A stretch of 64,000 nt of DNA from Octopus vulgaris. Its lineage: Eukaryota. Where the stretch lies: NCBI GenBank assembly GCA_951406725.2, contig OX597819.1, forward strand, positions 38,502,001-38,566,000, read 5' to 3'. Of this stretch, positions 1 through 12,630 are shown in pieces. Position 1 is the stretch's first letter. Each line of letters starts with the position of its first letter. The notes beneath the pieces are model-generated. The model saw only the letters and a program-made list of their open reading frames with translations. It did no database searches and was not told where the DNA came from. A program made the translations under genes and the position numbers.

Positions 1-404
1 TCACATTCATTATTTAATTCCCCCATGTTCTGTACATGTATTCCTATTTATAAAGTATTTCTTTTCTAAATTTTGGAATACTTCGTAGAATTTGTTGCGG
101 GTTTTACCTCTGGGTTATTGCAGATCAAGCATCCCTACGTGTTCAAGGCGATGTAGCCTTCTATTTAAAAAATTCAAACAGTAATGTCTAGGACTACAGT
201 ATTCAATGTGAATTTGTTTTTAAATAAACAGGTATGGTGTGATTGGAGAGAAGTCTGTCTGCTATTTCTAGCATACCGAGCGTTCAAATAAAGGTTCCCT
301 CGTTAGCCTTTATGTAAATTAGGGGGCAATTTTCTACTGTAAACTTTGTTATCTGTAATATAGTGTAAATTAGCCTTTTTTTCTCCGTAGCTGCCTCTTA
401 CGTA

Positions 405-610
405 ACATACATACGTACAAACAAATAAACTGAACAATGACATACATACATACATACACAATACATACATACATACATACATACATACATACATACATAC
501 ACACACACACATACATACATCAACATACATACATAATACATACACACATACATAATACATACATACATACATAATACATACATACATCAACACACGCACA
601 CATACATACT
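405..610. repeat. (TACA)n/(CA)n microsatellite
   Basis: Direct tandem tacatacata... runs; source of the spurious MYVC-repeat ORFs. Confidence 0.95.
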
Positions 611-679
611 GCTGCGGAAAGATTTACTGATAAGTGACAAAAAGAGAATTAAGATGGATACTGTAATAGAGAAATAGCA

Positions 680-930
680 GACGACGTATCACGTGATGGC
701 ATATGCTATTTGTGTCTGTTCATGGTGTGCCGTCAGTGTTTTCATTTCAGTGTTTACGTTAGTCTACATATTTAAACAAATAAAGAAAAAAAAAACAAAA
801 AGCTTCGTTCATTATTCCTCCGCTGCCCACGGCAACGAGGGGATCCTCCATATGGCCGCTCACATTTCCAAGAAATAGCAGTCGAATATATCACTATTGC
901 TGTGTTGTCGATGTGGTCTGTTTCGTGGCG
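680..930. promoter_or_regulatory. Possible promoter-like CpG-richer patch with palindromic E-box and YY1-like site
   Basis: Non-repetitive-looking, locally CpG-retaining sequence between two microsatellites. ATCACGTGAT at 688-697 and catATGGCCGC near 849-859. No transcript evidence; target gene unknown. Confidence 0.3.
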
Positions 931-970
931 CAGAGGAAATTATATAAATGGTGTGATTCACACGAAAGTT

Positions 971-1062
971 ATACATACATACATACATACATACATACAT
1001 ACATACATACATACATGTGTATACATATATATACATATATATATATATATGTGTGTGTGTGT
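971..1062. repeat. (TACA)n/(TA)n/(TG)n microsatellite
   Basis: Direct tandem repeats visible. Confidence 0.95.
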
Positions 1063-1123
1063 TCAATGCCACGCATCCATTTCCAGGTATATGTGTATAT
1101 AGTCATGTATGTATGTATGTATA

Positions 1124-2900
1124 TGCTGGTCGTCTTCTGGGCATCCACTTAGCCCTGATCCTGAAGTCACTAACTATCAGCCTATGTATGGGGTACATTC
1201 TTTGCCTGGGAAGGTTTTGGCATTTATAAGCAGCTATCTTTCCCTTTTTCTGGTGAGGATGTAGTCAATTTGGCTAGTGTGTCTGCCAGAAGAGTAGGTG
1301 AATAGGTGACTGGTAGGTTTTCTGAAGTTAGTATTGCAAACCATAAGATCATTTGCATCGCAGAACTCCAGCAGCCTGGTTCCCTCGTCATTGCGGGAAC
1401 CAAAACCGTAGCTTCCATGTATGTCATGGAAGCCCCCTGTATGTTGTCCAACATGTCCATTGAGGTCACCAGCCACAAAGAGAAAGTCCCTCTCATTCAT
1501 CAACGAGGTAGTCTGCAAGAGGGTGTCATAGAATCGGTCTTTCTGTCCATCGGGTAACCCATGCTAACCCATGATGAAGCACTAATCTAATCTTAAGTAT
1601 TCTGTCGCATACTCTGACTACCTCAATTACCTTATCCACCCATTTCTCTGCAAGAAGTATACCCACACTCCTTACCCCATCAGTGTTCCCTGCCCAGAAA
1701 ATCTTATACCTGTGTTCTTTGCTTCTGAGGAACCTAGTGGAACCTCCTCTCCACCTTACTTCTTGCACATATCGACACATTTCCGTTCAAGCTTCTCAAT
1801 AATCTCACCAGACCTACCTTTTAGTGTGCCGACATTGAGAGTGCCAACCCTGAGGGTGTGGGAGGTATGGGCCCTTGAGACCCTGGGACGGGGGACAGCA
1901 GCGTCATGTACCTGAAAAGAGAGCTCGCATTTGGCAGGATTCATAAACAGTAGCCTTAAGTTCAACCTGCATATACTACACTATCATATTTTTGCACTAT
2001 ATGATCATTACCTTACATAATAGATAAAACCCTAAGTAGGGGTGGGGATGGTGTAAAGCCTTTAGAAGTGTTCATGGGAGAGAACCAAAAGGATGACAAA
2101 GGATAGGGACTTTTGGTACAGGTGCAGGGGGTGTGAGGGCGGGCATACCGCGAACTAGCAAATTTAGACGAGAGCATCTTCTAGATATGTATCCTTTTGG
2201 CAGAGGTATTAAAAATCGAGTAGGGGAATCCGAGTGTGTGCGCTAGTTTATATAGGGTGGTGGTGGTGGAGGAGGAGGAGGAAGTCTTGGCGAGGCGAGT
2301 GGTAATCGAAAGAGAGAGAGAGAGACACACACAGACATAGCGAGGCAGAGAGAGAGAGACAGAACAAGGGGGTAGTGATGGTCAGAACACGAGGGAGTAA
2401 ATATACTTTTGGGATTTGTGTGGCATAATTAATTTAACGAGACAGCAAATGTTGATAATAGTAAAATAGAATTGAAGAATCTGAGAGCCAATCTAAGACA
2501 AAATTAGGGAAGAGTGACTGTGTGATAAACTTTAATAGATGAATGAATGAATATGTTGCAGTTAAGGAAATGCTTGAACTAAGGTTATCTTAAGGCAATA
2601 AGGAAGACGAAACTATTGAAACTATATTTACATGATGACATGGTACTGAAATAGACAGAATAATGAAAAGAACTAATAAAGGGTTTATGATCTGCTCAGA
2701 AATAGAAGAGTAGATGAACGAGGTTGAAAAGACAAAACTTCTTATCTGAGCATCTTCTGAGATTCATATTTTTCAGCCGAGGTATTGAAACCAAGTAGGG
2801 GAGTTCGAGTGCGTGCACTAGTTTATATAGGGTGGTGGAGAAAGTCTTGGCGAGGCGAGTGGTAATCGAAAGAGAGAGAAAGAGACACACATGCAATATT
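1124..2900 (-). mobile_element. RTE-clade LINE 5' fragment: AP-endonuclease domain plus 5' UTR, frameshifted and internally deleted
   Basis: Minus-strand ORF pieces (1124-1975) give TLRVGTLNVGTL, QEVRWRG, VGILL, VAGDLNGHVG, YGFGSRNDEG.RLLEFC, NTNF, FTY..G...SQIDYIL, the typical RTE APE motifs. The UTR boundary is approximate. Confidence 0.88.
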
Positions 2901-3859
2901 TTGTAGCTTTTGGGATTTTGTTGAGATAACTTCATTTTTAGAATGATATTGTAAGGTTGGTGTGAGAAGCGACATCTGTCCAGTTTGACCATAATACAGG
3001 TGGAATATTTTGGCCGGATGTGGCCAATTTAAATGCGAAAGGGTTAACTCACTATTAAAAAAAAGAAGTGTTACAGGTTGGGATGCCTTTAATCATAGGT
3101 TTGATCAGGATAGACCTAGTCAAAAATAACTGATCAATGCGATCCCAGCCTCCATGATAGCATACATAATGATTCTTGGAATGGTTTCATGACAAAATCA
3201 TTATTGCATTGGACAAAAAAACCTTGCTATATTCAGTTATGGCTGTTTATATTTTGAGTTCAAATCCTGCTGAAAGCAACTTAGACTGTCATCCTTCTGG
3301 GGTTAAAAATACTTGTCAAGTACAGGGCATTGATTTGATTAATCCATCTCCACTAAATTTGTGACCCCCATGCCAACGTTAGAATTAATTATTGTGATAG
3401 GTGTTTTTACTGAAACTAAAAGTATTTTCTAATTGAATGTAACCTTCAATAATTATGTTTCTTAGAGGTCATCTCTAAAGTAGGTTGAGTTTGTTGAACT
3501 AGTCACATGCTTATCATTCACATGGCTCTTGTTTTCCTCAAAAATGTAATTTTGTAAAATGTGTCTAATGAAATATTTAAAATATTATTTTTCATTTAAT
3601 CATTAGTAATTTCTGTAAAGTTTTTGTAGTTTTACAGTAATGATGATAATATAACAACAATATTATTTATACATTTTATTTTTTAATTATCTATGCTTTA
3701 ATGCTAATTAAATGTGGCATTTCTTAAGAAAGACACATTCGAAGATGTGTTAATTTTTTTTTTTAACCATTTTGATACCAACCTGCTTGAAATGGTTCCT
3801 ATTGATAAACACTTCTTGTTTAAAGTGACACATTTAAATCTTCCATCACACACCAGCTT

Positions 3860-4290
3860 AATAATGGTTTCGAATTTTGGCAAAGGGCCAAGAGATTTCA
3901 AGGGGTTTGAGAAGTTGATTACATTGACCCCAATACTTGACTGGCTATTATTTTGTCAACTTTGAATGGATGAAATGCGAAGTCGACCTTGGTGCAATTT
4001 GAATTCAGAATGTAAAGAAAGACAAAGCATTTTGCCCAGCATACTAATGATTCTGTCAGCTTGCCACCCACCAGCTTAATGATAATTTCAAATTTTGGCA
4101 CAAGGCCAGCAATTTCAAGGGGAAAGTCAATTATATTGACCCCAATGCTCAACTGGTGCTTATTTTATTGACCCTGAAAAGAAGAAAGGTAAAGTTTACC
4201 TTGGTGGAATTTGAACTCAGAACATGAAGATGAACAAAATGCTTCTAAGCATTTGGTGCAGTGTGCTGACAGTCCTGCTTGGTTGCCATC
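3860..4290 (-). mobile_element. Two tandem decayed tRNA-derived SINE copies (Nin-domain-like family)
   Basis: Reverse complements of ...ttctgagttcaaattcc.c...ggtcgacttt.c.tttcatcc... at about 3965-4010 and 4170-4222; same family as 13780-15300. Confidence 0.7.
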
Positions 4291-5727
4291 TTAAACACTA
4301 GATTAGTAATGACGGTTATTTTATGGACTTCATTATCTTCAAAATTAATTGAAACAGAAGCGGTGTATTTTGATAGCGATATGGTACTAAAAGGGTTAAG
4401 AAATGTATTTTAATGAAGATAAGCTTGTTTAGTTGAAATCACTGCTCTCTGAAATAATGTCTGAAATGTTCAACTATATTCAGTCTGAGGACATTTTGTT
4501 TTCTTCACTATATTCTGTTAGCTTTGACATGCAACTGAAGACTGGGTCTTCAGATACACACACTGCATTACTAGCATTAACATTTGTTAATTTCTTTCAG
4601 GTTTTAGAACAAAAATAGAGCTTTTAGTTTAAAAATGAGTTAACCATTATATTTTTCTTTGACTTGTTTTGGCCATTGAACCGTGACCATGCTTTGGCAC
4701 TTATGTAAACTATTTTCAAAGAAATGTGTCCATGATCTTTATCACTTTCAGCTTCCAATATAAAGTCATTGAATTTTTCAAGTATTGTAACTTGAGAAAT
4801 TCAAGGCTATTTAAGCAGCAGTAGTAGTAGTGGTAATAATGATGATGATGATGGAAATTATATAAAATACTAATACAATTAAATCTCAGTGGAAGTTAAT
4901 GTCTTAAAACATTGACACCATTTGTTGGCAACAAGTTGTTTGTTTGAGGGTAATGGCTGTTCTAAAAATAGATTGGAATTGCTCTCAAATGAAAGGAGTG
5001 AATATGATTTTGTTTCAGAAATGTAAAAAGCTAAGTTACATTAATGGTGGTTTGTAAAATCTGATAACTGAGAAAGGAGTGTGATAAAGAAAAGTGACAT
5101 ACAAAAGTTCCCTGACATTCACACTTGCATAAACTATGTATACATCTATAGGGAGTACAGCTATGTGCTGTATCCATCAACATTTTCTGTCCTTTGAGCT
5201 TCATGAATACTTACTAAACAACATCTTGATTAAATGATCTTGCTATACATATGTTCGTGTTTCTTTTGTTTTTTGTGAAACACACACACACACACACCCT
5301 TATTTCATTTGTGTGGATGTTGCATCATCATTAATCCATTCATCATTTAATACCCATTTATCCATGCTAACTTAGATTGAATGAATTCTCAGTGTCTCTT
5401 CATTTGTGGTTCTTTGTCTTTTATCATCACAGTAAAGCAGAGAACTGCCAATCAGTTAATTTTTCTGAGTAGCTTTTTTTTTCCATAGTAGAGTAGTATA
5501 TCCTACTTATTACCAATCACTTCACAGCATAGAATAGGATCCTTTTATCATGATAACTGATGTTATAAAGGTTGTCTCTATACAGAGTCTCTTCTACTTG
5601 CTATCAATTTAAAATTTTTTATTTAGAGTGACTGTTCTCTTAAACTATTTGTGTTGTTGGCTTGAAGATTCCTCAGATCCTCCATTAAAATCCAGAAATG
5701 AGATTTTTATTAATATTAGATAGGTGT

Positions 5728-6030
5728 GTGTGGAGGCACATGGCCTAGTGGTTCGAGCAGCGGACTCACTGTCGAGGGATTGCAGATTCAAATCTCAGAC
5801 CAGGTAATGTTTATGAGTGAAACACCTAAGCTCCACACGGCTCTGGCAGAAGGTAATGGTAAACTTCTGCTGACTCTTTCGCCACAACTTTCTCTCACTC
5901 TTTCCTCCTGCATCTTGCAGCTCACCTACGATGGACCGGCATCCTGTCCAGGTGGGGAACCTATACGCCAAGGAAACCGGGAAACTGGCCCTATGAGCCT
6001 GGCATGGCTTGAGAAGGAACAAAAACAAAA
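5728..6030 (+). mobile_element. tRNA-derived SINE with V-domain-like body
   Basis: A-box tggcctagtgg, B-box-like gattcaaatct, body gatggaccggcatcctgtccagg...ggaaaccggg resembling the V-SINE domain, A-rich tail aaaaacaaaa. Confidence 0.7.
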
Positions 6031-8489
6031 AAAAGATATGTGTGTAAATTTTAGAATCAAGTTAGTTTCTAATTTAAACAAAAATTAACTTTATACTCAA
6101 CAGGAATGCTAGATTTTGTGGTGTAGATCTTTTTTTTTTTCCTTTAATTAAAAGTACCTATTGGCTTAGTATGGATGAAGTAACTATGCCCATGACCTTT
6201 GCAGTCCCTTCAAAAATAAGATTGATGCTGTTAAAATTCTGCCAATGTTACTTTATGACGAATCAGTCTTGAAATTAAAGAGGCCATCAGCAGGTTTCAG
6301 TGTTCTCTCATATTTGTGTGTCTTTGAATAAAGAGAAAAGAATAACTGGGTAACCACTTCTGATTGAAATGATTTGTACTCCTAAAAAATGATGATTCTA
6401 ATAGCAAAAAAAATTTGGTCCAAACATGTGGAACCTGTGGAAGAGAGGATCCAGAACTTATGGCAAAGTGGTGAAGACTAATCTCAAGATGTTGAACCCC
6501 ATCATGGAGATGACAAAGTACTGTGTTGACTGGTGTTATGTAGTGCTGGAGAATAGCCAATCATTTGTTCAACATATCTTGCATGACAGTAACTCAAAAT
6601 AAAAAATTGATTTGTAACATGGCAACCTGTCCTACCCATGGAGAGCAGATATAAAATGATGATATGTAAAAAAAATGACTGACATTTTACAGATATTTTG
6701 TGCTTTGGCAACAGACTGCTCTCTGAAATAACAGTAACAGAATTTAGGCTAGAAACCTAAAGCCAGTTAATTATCTGCTTATTCTCAGTGATTTAAATAC
6801 TCTACATTACTTTGAATTTCATAAGTAAGTTTATTTTATATTCATTGAATACTTAAACTGATGACCTAATTGAAATACTAGTTATCTTGTACTTCACAAC
6901 TATAATGCTGTTTTATGTAACTTTTTAATAAATATCTTTTTTTATATCTTACTTAAAATCCACTTTATTGCAGTTATTTAGTGTTAAAGCTGCATTGCAC
7001 CAATTTGTATATGTATTCCAAAAATGTTTATCATCATTAAACTAAATATTGATTCTCACTGGTTCACACTTGTTTTCTGTTGTTTTTCAAATATATTGTA
7101 AAATCTACACCTAAAACTGAGTTAAAGATCTGATCAGTAAACAATCCTACATTAGTCCTCAAACATAGATTGTAACATTTCTTTTATTAGTACTTTAAAC
7201 AACTGTTCATTTTACATCTTCTCTCTTATCTAACTCTCCTATATCTCCTTCAGCCCCATCTCATGTGACACACTTTCCCCATCCCCTCTTATTGTATTCA
7301 ACCTCCTCCCACTCATTCCTCTCCCAGATGTTACAGTATTAAATAATTGTATTTTCAGTATTGTAGGCTGAGATTAAAAGCTTATGTAAGGAAGATGTGG
7401 ATTCTGCAAGCAGCAGTGAAGGCAACCTGTTTTGGAGAGTATTAACTTTAAATAAAACCTGATACAGTGTGGAGGGAACACTTGAGTCTTGGCAAACAAT
7501 TTCTCTTGTGCTGGTGGCCATGATAAAATGCAGTCAGACCATACTGTAAAGTGTTTGGTAATAGGAAGGGCATCCAACCTGTAAAACAATCCCCAAATCA
7601 TGAAATACTGCAAAACCTTACATATGCAGGCTTAACATTTCTATATATATATTCCTTTCTGCACATGTATTTTTACTCATATATTTAAAGTATGCTGTGT
7701 TTATTCCTAAAAAGAAAAAATACTGTCCTATTTTGTATTATTCAAATGAAAAGTATATGGTAACCTCATTTTTACAGGCTAATTTATCAGATTGCCAATG
7801 TTAAATTTTTTTAAAGTACACATGCTAATGCAAACCTATAGGCCTACTAATGAAATTGTAGGGTGAGTGTATTTAATCTGTGCAATTGAAGTTATCAGTC
7901 CTGAAACTTCTTGGATGAAAATTTACTGATAAGCTTACTCTTAATCTGAAGAGTTTTATCAAAATAGTTCATTTTGTTTAGCAAGCCCACAGGAGTTTTA
8001 ACACTGTCATTATTTACAAGTTCCTTTTAATAACTTTTATAGATGGTATCAGTTGTTGAAAGATGTTTTTTCCATGGCTATAATCTATTGTTGCTTCTGT
8101 TGTTTAACCCCAGGCTAACTCTGGCTGACCAGTCATTTACTCAAAAGTACTGCAGCTGTAACCATACACTCCATTTTTTCTCTTTTGACTTTGTGTACTC
8201 CAGATTACATTGTCCATTCTGACCCTTTTTTAAAGGATAACAGTGTGTGATATGAGAAAAATGTAGTTGCTATTTCTAGTAAGTCAAGAAAATCCCTTGT
8301 TGACTCTGTTGCTTGTGTTGAATCTTTTAAAGGGAATATATGTATCCACTTTATCTATGCATATTGTTTATAATAATATTACTCTATAATATTGTCATTT
8401 CAAGGAAAAAGAAGTGTAGAGTATAGTTATTAATATAAAATTCACTATCCACCTGATGATTACTTTACCAACATGGTACAATTACATAA

Positions 8490-9670
8490 AGAAGTGCCAA
8501 TCACAATATGTGGACGGAATTCATAGAAATTGGAAACCCAGGAAGAGATGGGATGAAGTAAAGACCAACTTTAGATTAAGTCTCGTGGAGGAAATGATAA
8601 AGAGCTGAAAGGATTGGCGATTTGTCATGGTCAAGAAGACTTGTTTATCTCAGCAAAATTGAGGTCTAAAAGCATTTTGTCAATGTCTGTCCCCACACCC
8701 AATCTGTATCTTGCCCACAACTTATCTTCGTAGCACCCATCCTTCTTTCACCCCACTAATAATGACACTATTTCCCCAGCTGCTGTAATTACATGAACAC
8801 AGAACTGCACTTGTTCCTTCTCCCTTTTGTGTTTCCAGTTATACCTCTCCTTGGAACTTCTTCCCTTGTTACCCATCATGCACTCCCAACATTATGCCTG
8901 AATACCCTTTTCTCATTACCTGTCATCGATCTCCCCACCTTTGTCACTATATCCACTCCCATGTACCCCTAGTCTCTATCTCTTTTTACTGTGCATTTTC
9001 TGTCTCCTACCACATGTCATATCTTTCTATTTCTCATTAGCTTATGGTTTTATCATACTGTTGCTCTCCACCCTTCCCTTTTATGTATTATCACTTACAA
9101 CCTCCTCCTTGACCCACATTTATTTTCCTTACATTCCCCCAAACTGAGATTCACCATTGTCCACACCACCACTCATGTTCATTCACTGCATTTATTTTAA
9201 TCCTCTTCTCTACTATTTATCACTCTCTTTTCACACTCTTGCAAACCTACCCACCAAGTCCTTCTTGATTCACTGTGCTTATTTTCTCTTTAGCCACCTT
9301 GTACACTGAGGGTCTCTCCTGATCCCTCATCACCATGATCTCTTTCCTACTGTGGTAGCCATATATTACCTCTGCAGCAAGACACGTATTCTTGTCCTAT
9401 CAATACCTGGTAAAAAGCCACCTTTCTTGGTACTACATTCCACCACCCCTCTTCATCAGGGGGTTCTTGGCTTGTGAGTTACCTGGTAACCTCTCTAGTG
9501 CTGGTACTACAAAAAAAACAAAACATTTATATACTCTGTAAAATAGTTGATGTTAAGAAGGGCATCCAGCTATAAAACCATGCTAAATCAGATATTGGAG
9601 TTCAACACAGTCCTCTGGCTTGGTGGATCTTGTTGAATTGCCAAACCAATGGACTATGAATGTTAATTAA
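8490..9670 (+). mobile_element. Old RTE LINE 3' end (ORF C-terminus, pyrimidine-rich 3' UTR, shared tail)
   Basis: cccaggaagagatgggatgaagt (PRKRWDEV-like, compare 42178-42205) followed by the family tail aagaagggcatccagctataaaacc. Confidence 0.6.
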
Positions 9671-9844
9671 TAATACACATGCACACAAATGCAACCCTTG
9701 TTCAGTTTGCCTCTCAACTTCATCTCATGGTTTTTAACAACAATCACAAACTGGATGTGACATTTTTCACTCTTAATAACAGATAAATCACATTATTTAT
9801 ATTTGATGGATATTTATCCACATCTTGTTTGTTGTTAACAAAAC

Positions 9845-9888
9845 ATTTCGGCTGATATACCCTCCAGCCTTCATCAGGTATCTTGGGA
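9845..9888 (-). ncRNA. Decayed minimal hammerhead ribozyme in the inverted pseudo-LTR
   Basis: Minus strand reads gatac-CUGAUGA-a-GGCUG(gaggguauau)CAGCC-GAAA-uguuuuguu; stem I and stem III are imperfect. Confidence 0.6.
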
Positions 9889-11596
9889 AAATTTTGAACC
9901 TGGGTTCTCATTCCTAAGGTATTTTTCAATGTTGTTATTATTACAGAGTTACAATTCCATCATAATACTTCCAGCAGACAAGGGAAATGCTACAGTGGTG
10001 ATGAACAAGTCTGACTTCTCGGAAAAACTGGCAAGTCTTATAAGTGATGGTAGCTACAGCAAAGTAAAGAAAGACCCTACTTTGAAAACAGAGAGGAAGT
10101 TGTCACAGATCTTGATCAAGAACAAGGATCACTTTACACCAATGAAGTACAGACAACTCAACACTACAGTAAACTACCACACATGTATGGTCTTCCTAAG
10201 ATTCACAAGGATGGTATTCCATTAAGACCTATAGTGAGCTGTAGAGGTTCAGCATGTCATCCACTGAGCCACTTCGTTGTGGATAAAATCAGTCCATTAG
10301 CAGGAAAGTCAACAATGTACATGAAGAATTCCACCCACTTCACAGAATTGATCAAGGATACCCCCATTGAATCCAACCAGACGATGCGTCCAGATGTGAT
10401 AAGTCTGTTCACCGAAGTCCCAACTGGTGAAGCACTATCGGTGATTCAAGAAAAACTAGTGACAGACCCCATCTAAAAGAACGCACAAGTATACCAATAA
10501 GAAACTTGATGGAAATGTTGACCTTCTGTGTAGAAACAACTTACTTCAGTATGGACACTGATATATATCGACAAGAAGAGAGTTTAGTTATGGGTTCGCC
10601 ATTATCACTGATAATACCCAATATATACATGGAATACTTTGAGAATTTGGGTTTAGGATCAAAACCACTAAAACCAACCCTATGGCTGCAATATGTTGAT
10701 GACACCTTCATACTCTGGCCCCACAAGGAAGATGTCCAAGTGCTGTTAGTTCATGTGAACTCAATAAAGCCATCCATACAGTTCACAATGGAAAAAGAAA
10801 AAGACAATCAGCTAGCATTCCTGAACGTATTAATAACATGCACCGATTCAGAACATCTGTATACTGCAAGCTGACCTTCACTGGACGATACCTCAACTTC
10901 AACTCCCACCATCCATACAGTGTAAAGAGAGCAGTGCCTAAAACGTCAAGCAATGAATATAAGTAGCAATCGTGATACCCACTACAAAGAAATGATCAAG
11001 CTCAGTAACAATCATTTAAGCAACAACTACCCCAAAAGCATACTCTCCACTCCAATTATGAAGAAAAGAGAGGATGAAACCGATAAACTGTCCAGTCTGT
11101 CAACCTTATGTGAAAGGCCTCTCTGAAAAGATACAAAAGATATGCAGCTCATATGGCATCAGGACAGTATTCAAAAGTAATACAACACTTCGCAAATATC
11201 TCATTCAAGTAAAACCACCAATAGAAGAGAATATGACCAAGAATTGCATGTAATCCATCCCATGCAGCTGTGGTAGGTAATATAAAGGCGAAACATGCCC
11301 CCCCCCCCCAATAAGGGTTGAGGAACATCGCAAAGCTGTGACACAGGGAGATATTGATAAATCGGATATAGCTGATCATATATGGAAAAATGGAGACGAC
11401 CTCCCTCTGTGGGATGAAGTTAAAATAATAGACAGAGAACACCTGGAAAATACGAAAATTAAAAGAAGCAGCACATATGCTAGGACACAACAATCTCCTA
11501 AGCAGACCATGTGCAGATATGAACAGAATATGGGAACCGGTATTAAGGAAGGATAGGAGAATATTAGATTTATAAGCCCTAAAATTCACTCCATAA

Positions 11597-11668
11597 TTCA
11601 CTATGGCGTAGTGGTTAAGAGAACGGGCTACTAACCCCAAGATTCCGGGTTCAATTCCAAGCAGTGAC
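11597..11668 (+). other. tRNA-like Pol III promoter module inside the 3' region of the Penelope-like element
   Basis: A-box tggcgtagtgg 11604-11614, B-box ggttcaattcc 11648-11658, acceptor-like tcact/agtga, anticodon-like loop ct-act-aa. Stems are mismatched, so not called a tRNA gene. Confidence 0.7.
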
Positions 11669-11726
11669 CCAAATAATAATAATAACAACAACAACATAAA
11701 AAAATACCTTAGGAATGAGAACCCAA

Positions 11727-11769
11727 GACACCTGATGAAGGCTGGAGGGTATATCAGCCGAAATGTGTT
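11727..11769 (+). ncRNA. Decayed minimal type I hammerhead ribozyme of the Penelope pseudo-LTR
   Basis: gacac-CUGAUGA(11732-11738)-a-GGCUG..CAGCC-GAAA(11760-11763)-uguguu. Stem I gacac/guguu is retained; stem III and the cleavage triplet are damaged. Confidence 0.65.
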
Positions 11770-12224
11770 AACAACAAATAAGATGAGGACAAATATCCAT
11801 CAAATGTAAATAATGTGCATAATTCCTCATCTCTTAAATATAGAACAGATAAATCACTATATTTTTTTTCCATATCTGCCATCTTTAAAGAGCACATAGT
11901 AATTACTTAACTGTGCTGTTATATAATATCTGGTTTATTAATACTCAGTACGAAACCAGTTGGTAAGATTGGCTGAAATGTCTATAATTCTGTTTATTTT
12001 GATTAATCTCTCTCTCTGTAGATATACATACATATATATATATGTATAACCACACACACAAAGTATATAGTTTGTGGCTTACAACCAAGAAGGCTAAGAG
12101 GACTCATTATGTAATTGAAATGGCTGTTTTATATAAATACCTAGTACTTGTACAATTGCTTCAAGATCAATGTATTTTCCTAAAGGTACTTGAAAATTTA
12201 TTTGCAGTGAAACCATTGCATAAC

Positions 12225-12630
12225 TGTATGACTGGTGTCCGTGCTAGCAGGGTATAAAGAGCACCATATGAGCGTGATCATTGACAGAGCGGTTAACCGG
12301 CTTCCGTGCTAGTGGCACTTAAAAGGCACCATTCAAGCGTGATCGTTACCAAAGTCGCCTTACTGGCACCTGTGCTAGGGGCATGTGTAAAAGGATTTGA
12401 GCGAGGTCGTTGCCAGTACCGCCTGACTGGCCCCCGTGCTGGTGGCACGTAAAAAGCACCCACTACACTCTCGGAGTGGTTGGCGTTAGGAAGGGCATCC
12501 AGCTGTAGAAACTCTGCCAAATCAAGATTGGAGCCTGGTGCAGCCATCTGGTTCGCCAGCCCTCAGTCAAAATCGTCCAACCCATGCTAGCATGGAAAGT
12601 GGACGGTTAATGATAATGATGATGATGATG
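12225..12630 (+). mobile_element. RTE-family 3' tail repeat ending in (GAT)n
   Basis: ggcacgtaaaaagcacccactacactctcggagtggttggcgttaggaagggcatccagctgtagaa...aacccatgctagcatggaaa...gatgatgat, near-identical to 42590-42766 and 58930-59108. Confidence 0.85.

Larger units (their letters stand above)
9792..11843 (+). mobile_element. Penelope-like retroelement (RT followed by C-terminal GIY-YIG), 5'-truncated, with inverted 5' pseudo-LTR copy
   Basis: Frameshifted ORFs give ILPADKGNATVVM, YGLPKIHK...PLRPIVS, DVISLFT.VP, MGSPLS, YVDDTF, FTMEKE...LAFL and PCSCG..YKGET...ADHIW. 9792-9943 is the reverse complement of about 11670-11816. 14-bp direct repeat aacagataaatcac at 9778-9791 and 11844-11857 is the target-site duplication. 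Confidence 0.93.

Noticed and set aside
303-1229. MYVC/YIHT-repeat ORFs
   Set aside because: Translations of (TACA)n microsatellites.
11597-11668. Functional tRNA gene with ACT anticodon
   Set aside because: Mismatched acceptor, anticodon and T stems, an anticodon not normally used by eukaryotic tRNA-Ser, and location inside a retroelement.
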